Assembly (NCBI GenBank): GCA_020059465.1 | Contig: JAGVBZ010000030.1 | Location: 199,976-263,975 of the forward strand | DNA: 64,000 bases | Source: Brevinematales bacterium | Lineage (GTDB): Bacteria > Spirochaetota > Brevinematia > Brevinematales > GWF1-51-8 | Direction: 5' to 3' | Shown: positions 28,162 to 37,339 of the stretch, piece after piece | Layout: each line of letters starts with the position of its first letter | How positions within the stretch are numbered: the first letter of the stretch is position 1 | Made by a program: the position numbers and the translations under genes | Notes under the pieces: generated by a model | The model's database searches: none | What the model was told of the DNA's origin: nothing | Seen by the model: the letters and a program-made list of their open reading frames with translations, nothing else

Positions 28162-29313
28162 TTATGATTTCAACGGAAGCGTGAAATAAAACTTCGATCC
28201 CGAACCGGGAAGGCTCTCCACTCCGATCACGCCCTTATGCCCTTCGATAATTATTTTCGATATCAATAGACCTAACCCGGTACTTTCCTCGTTCCCGGAG
28301 GGGCGGTTGGTTCCTCTCTGGAACTCGTTAAATAAACGCGAAATATCGTCGGGGGATATACCCGGACCCTGATCGGAAATACTTGTCCTGATAAAATCGC
28401 CGTCTCTCGCGGCTTCGATAATGATTTGTGAACCTTCATTCGAATACTTGATCGCGTTCCCGATCAGGTTATTCAGGACTTGCAATATCTTGTTCTTATC
28501 GAATTCAAACAAAGGAATATCGTCATTTATTCTTAACGTGATGGCGATTCCTTTTCTCGCGGCAAGTATCCGGTTCAGCTGATAATTATGCGTCAGGATA
28601 TCGCAATAATCGTTGACGTCGATATCCAACGTGAGCTGGCCGCTCTCGATCTGCGAGGAAGTCAGGAGATTCCTGATCAGGTGATTCATAAAGCGTGTCG
28701 AACTGATAATCGAGTCGATAAACTCCTTATGTTCGTCGCTCAGCGAATCACCAAGATCTTCCAGAATGAACTTCGCATAGATATCGATTGCGGACAATGG
28801 ATTACGGAGATCGTGCGCGACAATTCCAAGGAAGCGGTTTTTCGCCTTATTCAGTTCCTCAAGCTTACGGCGCTGCTCTTCCACCTCGCTGATATCGTCC
28901 ACAATTAATAGCACAGTATCCTCGCCGCTATAATGAATGAATTTTGTCGTGTAGAGTAAGTATTTCATGATCTTTTTCCCGCCGATATAGAAACAGCGGG
29001 TTAGTTCATGCCGGAGTATCGTTTCCCTGTCAGAAATTGTCTTCATGATCGATTGACGAAGCTGGCATTCCCCGCAGTAATCGGTGGTTCCGCACTCCAT
29101 CCCGGTTTCCGCGACATACATGCATTTTATACCGTTACCGCAGAGCTTACCGATAAAATCCAAAGCTTTCTGCCCGAATAGAACCTCGGCGGTATCGTTG
29201 ACATTAATAATCCTCGCGTCTTTATCGACAATAAAAACGGCAGAGGTCAGGTTATTGACAAGGTTTTGTAAAAATTCTGACGATTCTTTAAAATCTTTTA
29301 TGTCAAATTTCAT
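28162..29313 (-). CDS. cytoplasmic sensor histidine kinase with Cys-rich PAS-like sensor domain
   Basis: 383 aa with no TM. PAS-like N-terminus carries C-x5-C-x9-C-x5-C-x2-C (LCGNGIKCMYVAETGMECGTTDYCGEC). H-box FLGIVAHDLRNPL. N and G boxes (NLIGNAIKYS, DQGPGI, GLGLLISK). Confidence 0.88.
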   Translation of the reverse strand: MKFDIKDFKESSEFLQNLVNNLTSAVFIVDKDARIINVNDTAEVLFGQKALDFIGKLCGNGIKCMYVAETGMECGTTDYCGECQLRQSIMKTISDRETILRHELTRCFYIGGKKIMKYLLYTTKFIHYSGEDTVLLIVDDISEVEEQRRKLEELNKAKNRFLGIVAHDLRNPLSAIDIYAKFILEDLGDSLSDEHKEFIDSIISSTRFMNHLIRNLLTSSQIESGQLTLDIDVNDYCDILTHNYQLNRILAARKGIAITLRINDDIPLFEFDKNKILQVLNNLIGNAIKYSNEGSQIIIEAARDGDFIRTSISDQGPGISPDDISRLFNEFQRGTNRPSGNEESTGLGLLISKIIIEGHKGVIGVESLPGSGSKFYFTLPLKS

Positions 29314-29424
29314 ATTTCACTTCGATAGATTATATATTATTTAATAATAATAATATAATAAAAAAAAGGCAAGAGACGAATGATAAAACCCGGTACTATT
29401 TCCGTCAGAGTATATCAGACACGT

Positions 29425-29460
29425 AAAAAAAGGAGCGTCCTAACAGGGCGCCCCTTTTTA
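29425..29460 (-). terminator. rho-independent terminator downstream of the ferredoxin gene (bidirectional-looking)
   Basis: aaaaaaa-ggagcgtcc-taaca-gggcgcccc-ttttt: GC-rich imperfect stem flanked by an A-run and a T-run. Confidence 0.6.
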
Positions 29461-29477
29461 TTAACCGCGTGTACTTA

Positions 29478-31467
<1,990 letters not shown>

Positions 31468-31490
31468 CTGCTGCGCAGACTAATCCCATT
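31468..31490. repeat. REP-like element, family 1 (ctgctgcgcagactaatcccatt)
   Basis: Core identical to rc of 9506-9522 and similar to rc of 57318-57348 (ctgctgcgcaggctaaacccatt). Confidence 0.5.
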
Positions 31491-31566
31491 CTCGATGTGA
31501 TCGCCCTGCGATAAAAGCAGCCTGCGACCGCAGGATACGGAAGCAATCTATCAAGTAAATTCGCAG

Positions 31567-31632
31567 CCGCCTCCGAAAGGACTATCCGCAAGGGGGCCTG
31601 CCCTCGAAGGGTAATCCTTCGGGGGCGGTTTT
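31567..31632 (+). terminator. terminator hairpin after the vWA gene (left copy of a duplicated hairpin)
   Basis: ccgcctccg ... atccttcgggggcgg followed by tttt. Homologous to 33005-33044 but with an extra ~30 nt in the loop. Confidence 0.6.
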
Positions 31633-31765
31633 ATATTTGATTGAAATAATGATTATAGCTAAAAATTCAGATAACATTAAAGAGAAATAATATTAACCCA
31701 TAGTAGATTACCCAATGACAGATATTCAATCGTTATATATTATAAAACATGTTTCTAAAAATATG

Positions 31766-31794
31766 TTGACATAATTCATAAAAGTTAATACAAT
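31766..31794 (+). promoter_or_regulatory. sigma-70-type promoter (TTGACA-17-TACAAT)
   Basis: TTGACA at 31766-31771, 17-nt spacer, TACAAT at 31789-31794, about 30 nt upstream of the ATG at 31823. Confidence 0.6.
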
Positions 31795-31822
31795 ACTACA
31801 AATTACTTTTTTGGAGTATCCT

Positions 31823-32380
31823 ATGAAAAGAGTACTAGTCCTTATTTTTGTTCTCGTTTCAGTACCGTTGTTTGCTGATAGTTTCAACGTTGATACAATT
31901 CAGGGTTTGTTAAAGAACGGACAGTATTTGAAACCGCTCATCAACTATAATATCGTATCCTCGGTTTCTTCGCTTTCCATGGAAGAACGACAGGGACTGT
32001 ATTACAAATGCGTCAAGAAAGACGCTTTTGGTGGATTCATTTTGAATTTCTTAATCGGATTTGGTATCGGAAATTATGCTATCGGCGATACACAAGGTGG
32101 GACAATTACGCTATTCGGATATTTATTATCCGGTGGTATTATTGCCCTAAGTCAGGGTATGGGAAGTTCCATTTCTGTTGGGAAAAGTATTGTTCTAGCT
32201 ACTGGTTTATCCGGTTTGGGATTTTTCATCATTCGCGGCTGGGTCAGTCCATTTACCTATCAGGCTTACCGAAACGAGGAAATGAAAAAGCTTCTGCTTC
32301 TAAACGACAATCTAACTTATAATCGCCAGTCTATGTCAGGTGATATATTTCATCTCGAACTTATGTCGTTTAGTTTCTGA
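31823..32380 (+). CDS. membrane protein, paralog A (GFGIGNYxIGDTxGG motif)
   Basis: ATG at 31823, 6 nt after GGAG (the track start at 31811 is TTG). Signal peptide, three G-rich hydrophobic segments, C-terminus ...LMSFSF. Collinear with the next gene. Confidence 0.65.
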   Translation: MKRVLVLIFVLVSVPLFADSFNVDTIQGLLKNGQYLKPLINYNIVSSVSSLSMEERQGLYYKCVKKDAFGGFILNFLIGFGIGNYAIGDTQGGTITLFGYLLSGGIIALSQGMGSSISVGKSIVLATGLSGLGFFIIRGWVSPFTYQAYRNEEMKKLLLLNDNLTYNRQSMSGDIFHLELMSFSF

Positions 32381-32407
32381 GCAAACAAATTATTTTAGGA
32401 GAAAATT

Positions 32408-32980
32408 ATGAAAGCATTTATAGCGATTATTTTCATACTGTTGTCGATTAATTGTTATGCTCAGGTAAATAACGTAGTTCAACTTCAGTCAGGAATTGAT
32501 AAACAACTATTTTTAGACCCGAATAAATTCGACGGTTTAGCCTCAATTTCATCTCAACTTCCACTCGAAATGCGTGAATTTGCATACAATAACGGGCAAA
32601 AAAGCGATGCTGTCGGCGGTTTGTTACTGAATATTTTTCTTCCGGGGTTTGGTATTGGGAATTATGTAATCGGAGATACATCCGGAGGAACATTGAATCT
32701 TCTGGGTTTTCTTGCCTCAGCAATAACACTCGCTTTAGGTAGTTCATTAACTGAACCAGGGATACCTCCTATTATCCGTCAAATATCCACTTTAGGTATG
32801 GTTGTATCCGGAATTGGTGGAGCCGGTGCGGCTTTCTTTGTTATCCGCGGATGGATTTCTCCTTTTATCTATCAGAACATGTATAATGAAAACCTGAAAA
32901 AACTACTCCTCCCCGAACAGCAGAAACTTACACATTCTGCGAATGAATTCGAACTACCGGTACTTTCAATAAGTTTTTAG
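32408..32980 (+). CDS. membrane protein, paralog B
   Basis: 190 aa with AGGAG RBS. Shares GxGIGNYxIGDTxGGT, FxIRGWxSPFxYQ, KKLLL and a C-terminal ...SF with paralog A. Confidence 0.65.
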   Translation: MKAFIAIIFILLSINCYAQVNNVVQLQSGIDKQLFLDPNKFDGLASISSQLPLEMREFAYNNGQKSDAVGGLLLNIFLPGFGIGNYVIGDTSGGTLNLLGFLASAITLALGSSLTEPGIPPIIRQISTLGMVVSGIGGAGAAFFVIRGWISPFIYQNMYNENLKKLLLPEQQKLTHSANEFELPVLSISF

Positions 32981-33004
32981 TAGTTGATCTAATGAGATAA
33001 AGTA

Positions 33005-33044
33005 CCGCCTCCGCAGGGAAAAATCCTCCGGGGGCGGTTTTTTA
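33005..33044 (+). terminator. rho-independent terminator (right copy of the duplicated hairpin)
   Basis: ccgcctccgcagggaaaaatcctccgggggcgg followed by tttttt. Confidence 0.7.
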
Positions 33045-33144
33045 TACTCTTCCGCCCTAACAAATCCCCATCCCCCTCCCGGCAATCCCCCAATATTTTC
33101 CGGATAGTATCAATTGAACTTTTACTATTTATTCTAAAATTTTG

Positions 33145-33173
33145 TTGATATTTTTTTCAGGTGTTATTATACT
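33145..33173 (+). promoter_or_regulatory. sigma-70-type promoter (TTGATA-17-TATACT)
   Basis: TTGATA at 33145-33150, 17-nt spacer, TATACT at 33168-33173, about 30 nt upstream of the ATG at 33205. Confidence 0.55.
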
Positions 33174-33204
33174 ACTAATTAAATAGGTATATTTGGGGTG
33201 TAAT

Positions 33205-33429
33205 ATGTTTGAATGTGATATTATCAAGGAATGCCCGTTTTATAACGACCGTATGCTCAACATGCCCGCGTTTTCCAATTCCATGAAAAAAATTTTTTGT
33301 CATGTGGACAATAGCGATTGCGCGAGGCATATGATCAAGGAAACACTGGGTTTGATGAAAATCCCTCACGATTTATTCCCGAACGAGTCCGAACGGGCAA
33401 GGGAGATCATTAAAAACCATACTTTCTAA
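33205..33429 (+). CDS. small Cys-rich protein (74 aa), conserved-looking C..ECPFYN...C....DCARH...DLFPN pattern
   Basis: ATG at 33205 (MFECDIIKECPFYNDRM...). The track start at 33193 is TTG. Four Cys. I recall similar small proteins in anaerobes but cannot name a family. Confidence 0.55.
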   Translation: MFECDIIKECPFYNDRMLNMPAFSNSMKKIFCHVDNSDCARHMIKETLGLMKIPHDLFPNESERAREIIKNHTF

Positions 33430-33660
33430 TAGATTTATTTTTTACATATCCAGGCTTTATCTATATATAATATCGCATTTCAGCAGGCGCATCTTATTTC
33501 GGATTGCGGGTGCCGACAGGGCTGAAGAAATCATACTCATTTTTCCGGAGTATGAAACGCGACCTCATCACTCAATCCGTATCATTGCTTATTCTGTGAT
33601 TTTGATAATTCGAACGGCGATGCTCTTACTTCGGAGGATTTTTATTAAACGAACGCTCCC

Positions 33661-33843
33661 TTATTCCTCGATGATCGCCTCGGTTGGGCATTGTTCGGCC
33701 GCTTCATGCGCAAGAGTGCTGTCGTAATCCGTCAAGCCCGTGACATGCGCCTTTCCGTCGTCCTCCATTCTGAATAAGTCCGGGTACAGCCCCTCGCATA
33801 CCCCGCATCCGATGCACGCATCTTCGTCAATTCTTACCGCCAT
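33661..33843 (-). CDS. small single-cluster ferredoxin (60 aa)
   Basis: MAVRIDEDACIGCGVCEGLYPDLF...AAEQCPTEAIIEE: CxxCxxC ... CP arrangement of 3Fe/4Fe mono-cluster ferredoxins. GGAGG RBS (rc of 33849-33853). Confidence 0.8.
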   Translation of the reverse strand: MAVRIDEDACIGCGVCEGLYPDLFRMEDDGKAHVTGLTDYDSTLAHEAAEQCPTEAIIEE

Positions 33844-34123
33844 TTTTTACCTCCATCAAGGTGATACTCAATTATAATCATTTTATTCCCTTTTGTCCAG
33901 TAGGATTATAATATTTTACATATCCCGGTATTGTCCAATCCCGATTGGACTTTTCCGCGCCGTTAAGGTAAAATATCGGAGAGATTATTTAATACGCCGT
34001 ATCTGTTTGATGCCGCACGGATGAATATTTTCAGATGGTTTTAAATCAGAGGATACTTAGAAAAGAGGGGTTCGAGATGACGGAAAATACCGTTACTTTT
34101 TCCCGGTTAGGACGTAGTAATAT

Positions 34124-34723
34124 ATGAACGGCGAATTTGAGACGGATGTCCGGGCCGACGAAATCGACCAATGGGCCGAAAAAAGCCGGTACGGCGACCG
34201 GAAAGCGTTTGCCAAGCTTTACGACCGTTTTGTGACACCGATCTACCGGTTTGTCTATTTCCGGGTGTACAACAAGTGCCTCGCGGAGGATTTAACCTCG
34301 CAGACTTTTCTGAAGGCGGTAGAGAATATTGCCGGCTACGACCGAAACAAAGGAAAATTTTCTTCGTGGCTCTACCGGATCGCCCGGAACCTGGTGATAG
34401 ACTATTACCGTTCGCGGAAAAAGACGGTCGAACTGGATGAAACTTGGGAAATCCCGTCGGATATCGACATCGAGGACGACCTGCACAAAAAGGACTTAGC
34501 CGAACGTCTGAAAGAATTGATGGATATCCTTTCCGGCGAACAGCGCGAAATAGTGGTCTTGCGCCTCTGGCAGGAGCTCCCCTATAGCGAAATCGCGTTG
34601 ATAATGGGTAAAAGCGAGGCGGGATGCAAAATGATGTTCTCACGCGCGATTGTAAAACTGCGTGATGAAGCGGATTTTCTCGCATTGGTGATCCTGTTTC
34701 TCGTCACAGGACTGACGGGATAG
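34124..34723 (+). CDS. ECF-type RNA polymerase sigma-70 family factor
   Basis: 199 aa. Region 2 (FAKLYDRFVTPIYRFVYFRV...AEDLTSQTFLKA, SWLYRIARNLVIDYYR) and region 4 (QREIVVLRLWQELPYSEIALIMGKSEAGCKMMFSRA). Confidence 0.9.
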   Translation: MNGEFETDVRADEIDQWAEKSRYGDRKAFAKLYDRFVTPIYRFVYFRVYNKCLAEDLTSQTFLKAVENIAGYDRNKGKFSSWLYRIARNLVIDYYRSRKKTVELDETWEIPSDIDIEDDLHKKDLAERLKELMDILSGEQREIVVLRLWQELPYSEIALIMGKSEAGCKMMFSRAIVKLRDEADFLALVILFLVTGLTG

Positions 34724-34732
34724 GAGAAAAAG

Positions 34733-36106
34733 ATGAAACGAAATATAAAAGATCTGATAAACGAATTATTACGTGACGACCCCTCGCTGAAAGGGAAAGA
34801 GGCCGAGCTGGAAAGAATTCTTTCCAAGGTCGCCGGGATGCGTCCCACAGCCGAACCCGGGCCGGAATTCCGCGAGCGCCTGAAAACCGAACTGCTCCGT
34901 AAATTTCCCGCGCATGACAGTCGAAAAAAAAGCCTGATCTTCTGGCTGATGCAGAAACGTGTCCGCCTCCTGATTGGGAGCGGCGCGGTGATCTGCCTGA
35001 TCGCGGTTACCGTTATTACCAACCCGATCGCGCAGATGACGATGAAAAACCAGCCCCAGCAGGCGGCGCCTGCGATTCAGCAGATTGTCACTCAGACCCA
35101 GGCTAACGGCAATTCCCAGTCTCCCTCCGCTGCTCTCCCCCAAAAGCAGGAACACGTTCTCCAGTTCCCTCCCGCCGACGGGACAACGATAGACATTAAG
35201 GAAAAAGGAACCGTGATACTCGATGAAATAACGGAGGAGAAAAACGAATTAAAAAGCGAAGTCACGGTAAGCGCGGAGGCATTGAAAGATACTAAACTGG
35301 ATGACGCCGGCGAAAAGAAAGGGGATTCGGCATTCAAGGGACTTGCCGAAGCCGATAAAGAGGGTGCGTTTCTCGCGGCAGCCGAGAAGAAAGCCAAGGC
35401 AGTTGAGAACGCGGGGATCGCGCTCGAGCAAACCCCGCTGAAGCCCGCCCCGAAAATGTTTACCTATTCCGACGTCAAGGACGAAATAGCCTCCGGAAAA
35501 CTGCCTCAACCGTCTTATTACGTCAAAACCGATATCATGATCGATTCATTCGATTATATATTGCCGGCCGGGTTCGATAAAACCCAGCCGCTTTATACCG
35601 AAATCGCCCCGTGTTCGTGGGATAACCGTTACGCCCTGCTTGTCATGCTTCTTCCCGGGGAGATTGCGAAATCCTGCAATTATCCTCCGTCGGTTCAGAC
35701 ATCCGCCGGACAGAAGGTCGCGGCGAAGTGGCTGAAACTCACTCAAACTCTTTCGGGATCGCGCCCACAGGCCGTATTCGGACTGATCCCGGCATCTGTC
35801 TACGGAGCATCAAAAGTGTCGCAGCCGCTGGAAGTAAAAATCCGTTACTTCGAGACATTCGCAGGCAAGACGAAGATTATCACTCAAAAGCTTTATTACC
35901 CCGCCGGCGTATCCGCAACCTCGTCCCTATTCCGGTTTATCTCCGCGGTATCCGAGTGGGCGCTTTTATTGAACGATCCCGCGGACGTTCCCGACGGTTC
36001 CTATGCCGACGCCCTTTCTCTCGCGGAGAAAGCTCAAGGCGCGGTTCCTGATGCGCAATGGAAAGAGTTTATCGAGGTCCTTAAACTCACAATAAAGAAT
36101 CAATAA
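34733..36106 (+). CDS. putative anti-sigma factor: single-pass membrane protein whose ectodomain has YfbK N- and C-terminal modules but no vWA core
   Basis: Starts 10 nt after the sigma gene. One TM (LLIGSGAVICLIAVTVI). SGKLPQPSYYVKTDIMIDSFDYILP...APCSWDNRYALLVML and FRFISAVSEWALLLND...WKEFIEVLKL align by eye to 29788..31467. No DxSxS MIDAS. Confidence 0.6.
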   Translation: MKRNIKDLINELLRDDPSLKGKEAELERILSKVAGMRPTAEPGPEFRERLKTELLRKFPAHDSRKKSLIFWLMQKRVRLLIGSGAVICLIAVTVITNPIAQMTMKNQPQQAAPAIQQIVTQTQANGNSQSPSAALPQKQEHVLQFPPADGTTIDIKEKGTVILDEITEEKNELKSEVTVSAEALKDTKLDDAGEKKGDSAFKGLAEADKEGAFLAAAEKKAKAVENAGIALEQTPLKPAPKMFTYSDVKDEIASGKLPQPSYYVKTDIMIDSFDYILPAGFDKTQPLYTEIAPCSWDNRYALLVMLLPGEIAKSCNYPPSVQTSAGQKVAAKWLKLTQTLSGSRPQAVFGLIPASVYGASKVSQPLEVKIRYFETFAGKTKIITQKLYYPAGVSATSSLFRFISAVSEWALLLNDPADVPDGSYADALSLAEKAQGAVPDAQWKEFIEVLKLTIKNQ

Positions 36107-36163
36107 CCTTTTTTTCTTGCTTATCCCGCCCGTCGTCATTAGAATACTATACAGGAGGCTGAA

Positions 36164-36619
36164 ATGCTGCGTAAACTGTTTATCATGATTATCCCCGTGA
36201 TTATTATGTCGTGCGGCGGTTCGAATACCGCGGTACCCGAAAAAGGTGCACTAAAAAATCCGGATGAACCCGCTGCGGTTGAACCGGTTTATCAGACTAA
36301 AAAGGCGACCGCCGGGCTGACTAAGTATTCCGAGCTTTCGGTTAACCTGAATAAAAAAATGACTATCGTTGCCGCAAAGAGTACAATGATCATGCAGCAT
36401 ATGATGGCGGGCTCGCCTAAAACAGTCGATAATTACTTCGACCTCGACGGGGGAGCGCAGATCGTGGTCTATTCTCTGAAACCGATTCCCTGCAAGGGTA
36501 AGACTAAAATTACCGGAACTGTCGGACAGGTGTCCGGGCCCGGCAAAGGCCCTAACAAAGGGGGCGGTACGCATTCAGAATACTATCTTTCCGCCGATGA
36601 ATGGGAGTGCATGGAATAA
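36164..36619 (+). CDS. small lipoprotein, unknown function
   Basis: 151 aa. Lipobox VIIMSCGG. Third gene of the sigma/anti-sigma operon, on the same strand. Confidence 0.55.
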   Translation: MLRKLFIMIIPVIIMSCGGSNTAVPEKGALKNPDEPAAVEPVYQTKKATAGLTKYSELSVNLNKKMTIVAAKSTMIMQHMMAGSPKTVDNYFDLDGGAQIVVYSLKPIPCKGKTKITGTVGQVSGPGKGPNKGGGTHSEYYLSADEWECME

Positions 36620-36631
36620 GGGGGTTACCCC

Positions 36632-37339
36632 ATGTGTTTCCGGGTTTCCCGTAAGATGCCGAACGAAGAATGGCTGATCGATTTCCATGTCGAGGAGAAG
36701 GATAATACTGTTTCCGAATTGGATATGATGCCGTCCTATAATATCCCGCCCGGCGTCAAGGCGCTCGTAGTCTATAAAAATCCCGTTACCAATAAGATCA
36801 CTCTCGGCGCGTTCAAATGGGGACTCGTGCCCCATTGGGCGGCGGACGTCACGATCGGCCAGAAGCTCGCCAACGCGCGTTCGGAAACCCTGCTCGAAAA
36901 ACCGAGTTTCCGCGATGCGTTTAAGAAAACCCGGTGCCTATTCATCGCCGACGGGTTCTACGAATGGGTCACCGACCCCGGTTCCGGGAAAAAACTTCCG
37001 TACCATGTCCGCCTCAAGAACGGCAAACCGTTCGCGTTCGCCGGGCTGTATTCGCAATGGGATTGCCCCGATAAGGGCGAAGTCCTGATGACCTGTACGA
37101 TCATCACCACATCTCCGAATTCGCTGATAGAGAAGATACATGACCGGATGCCGGTCATCCTCGACCCGGGCTCGTACGACCAGTGGACTACCCCGGGATT
37201 TTCACCCGGCCTGCAGAGTCTGCTGACATCCTTCCCGTCCGGCCTGATGGAAACCTACCGCGTATCCCCGTTCGTGAATAAGGCCGGAAACGACTCCCCG
37301 GAATGCGTCCGCCCTCTGAAGGAGAACGAACTATTCTGA
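36632..37339 (+). CDS. SOS-response-associated peptidase (SRAP/YedK family, abasic-site processing)
   Basis: 235 aa. N-terminal MC (catalytic Cys2), YNIPPG, WGLVPHW, ANARSET, ADGFYEW, FAFAGLY, TTSPN, IHDRMPVIL. Confidence 0.88.
   Translation: MCFRVSRKMPNEEWLIDFHVEEKDNTVSELDMMPSYNIPPGVKALVVYKNPVTNKITLGAFKWGLVPHWAADVTIGQKLANARSETLLEKPSFRDAFKKTRCLFIADGFYEWVTDPGSGKKLPYHVRLKNGKPFAFAGLYSQWDCPDKGEVLMTCTIITTSPNSLIEKIHDRMPVILDPGSYDQWTTPGFSPGLQSLLTSFPSGLMETYRVSPFVNKAGNDSPECVRPLKENELF

Noticed and set aside
34082-34120. ECF-type autoregulated promoter (GGAAAA...CGT) immediately upstream of the sigma gene
   Set aside because: Candidate -35/-10 elements are not at ECF-typical 16-17 nt spacing and would leave almost no leader. 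Only the shared 11-mer CGTTACTTTTT is noted, at low weight, in the ECF finding.
34107-35022. Minus-strand ORFs (34107..34685, 34582..35022) over the sigma/anti-sigma genes
   Set aside because: R/P/S-rich antisense products. The + strand sigma-70 regions 2 and 4 are clear.
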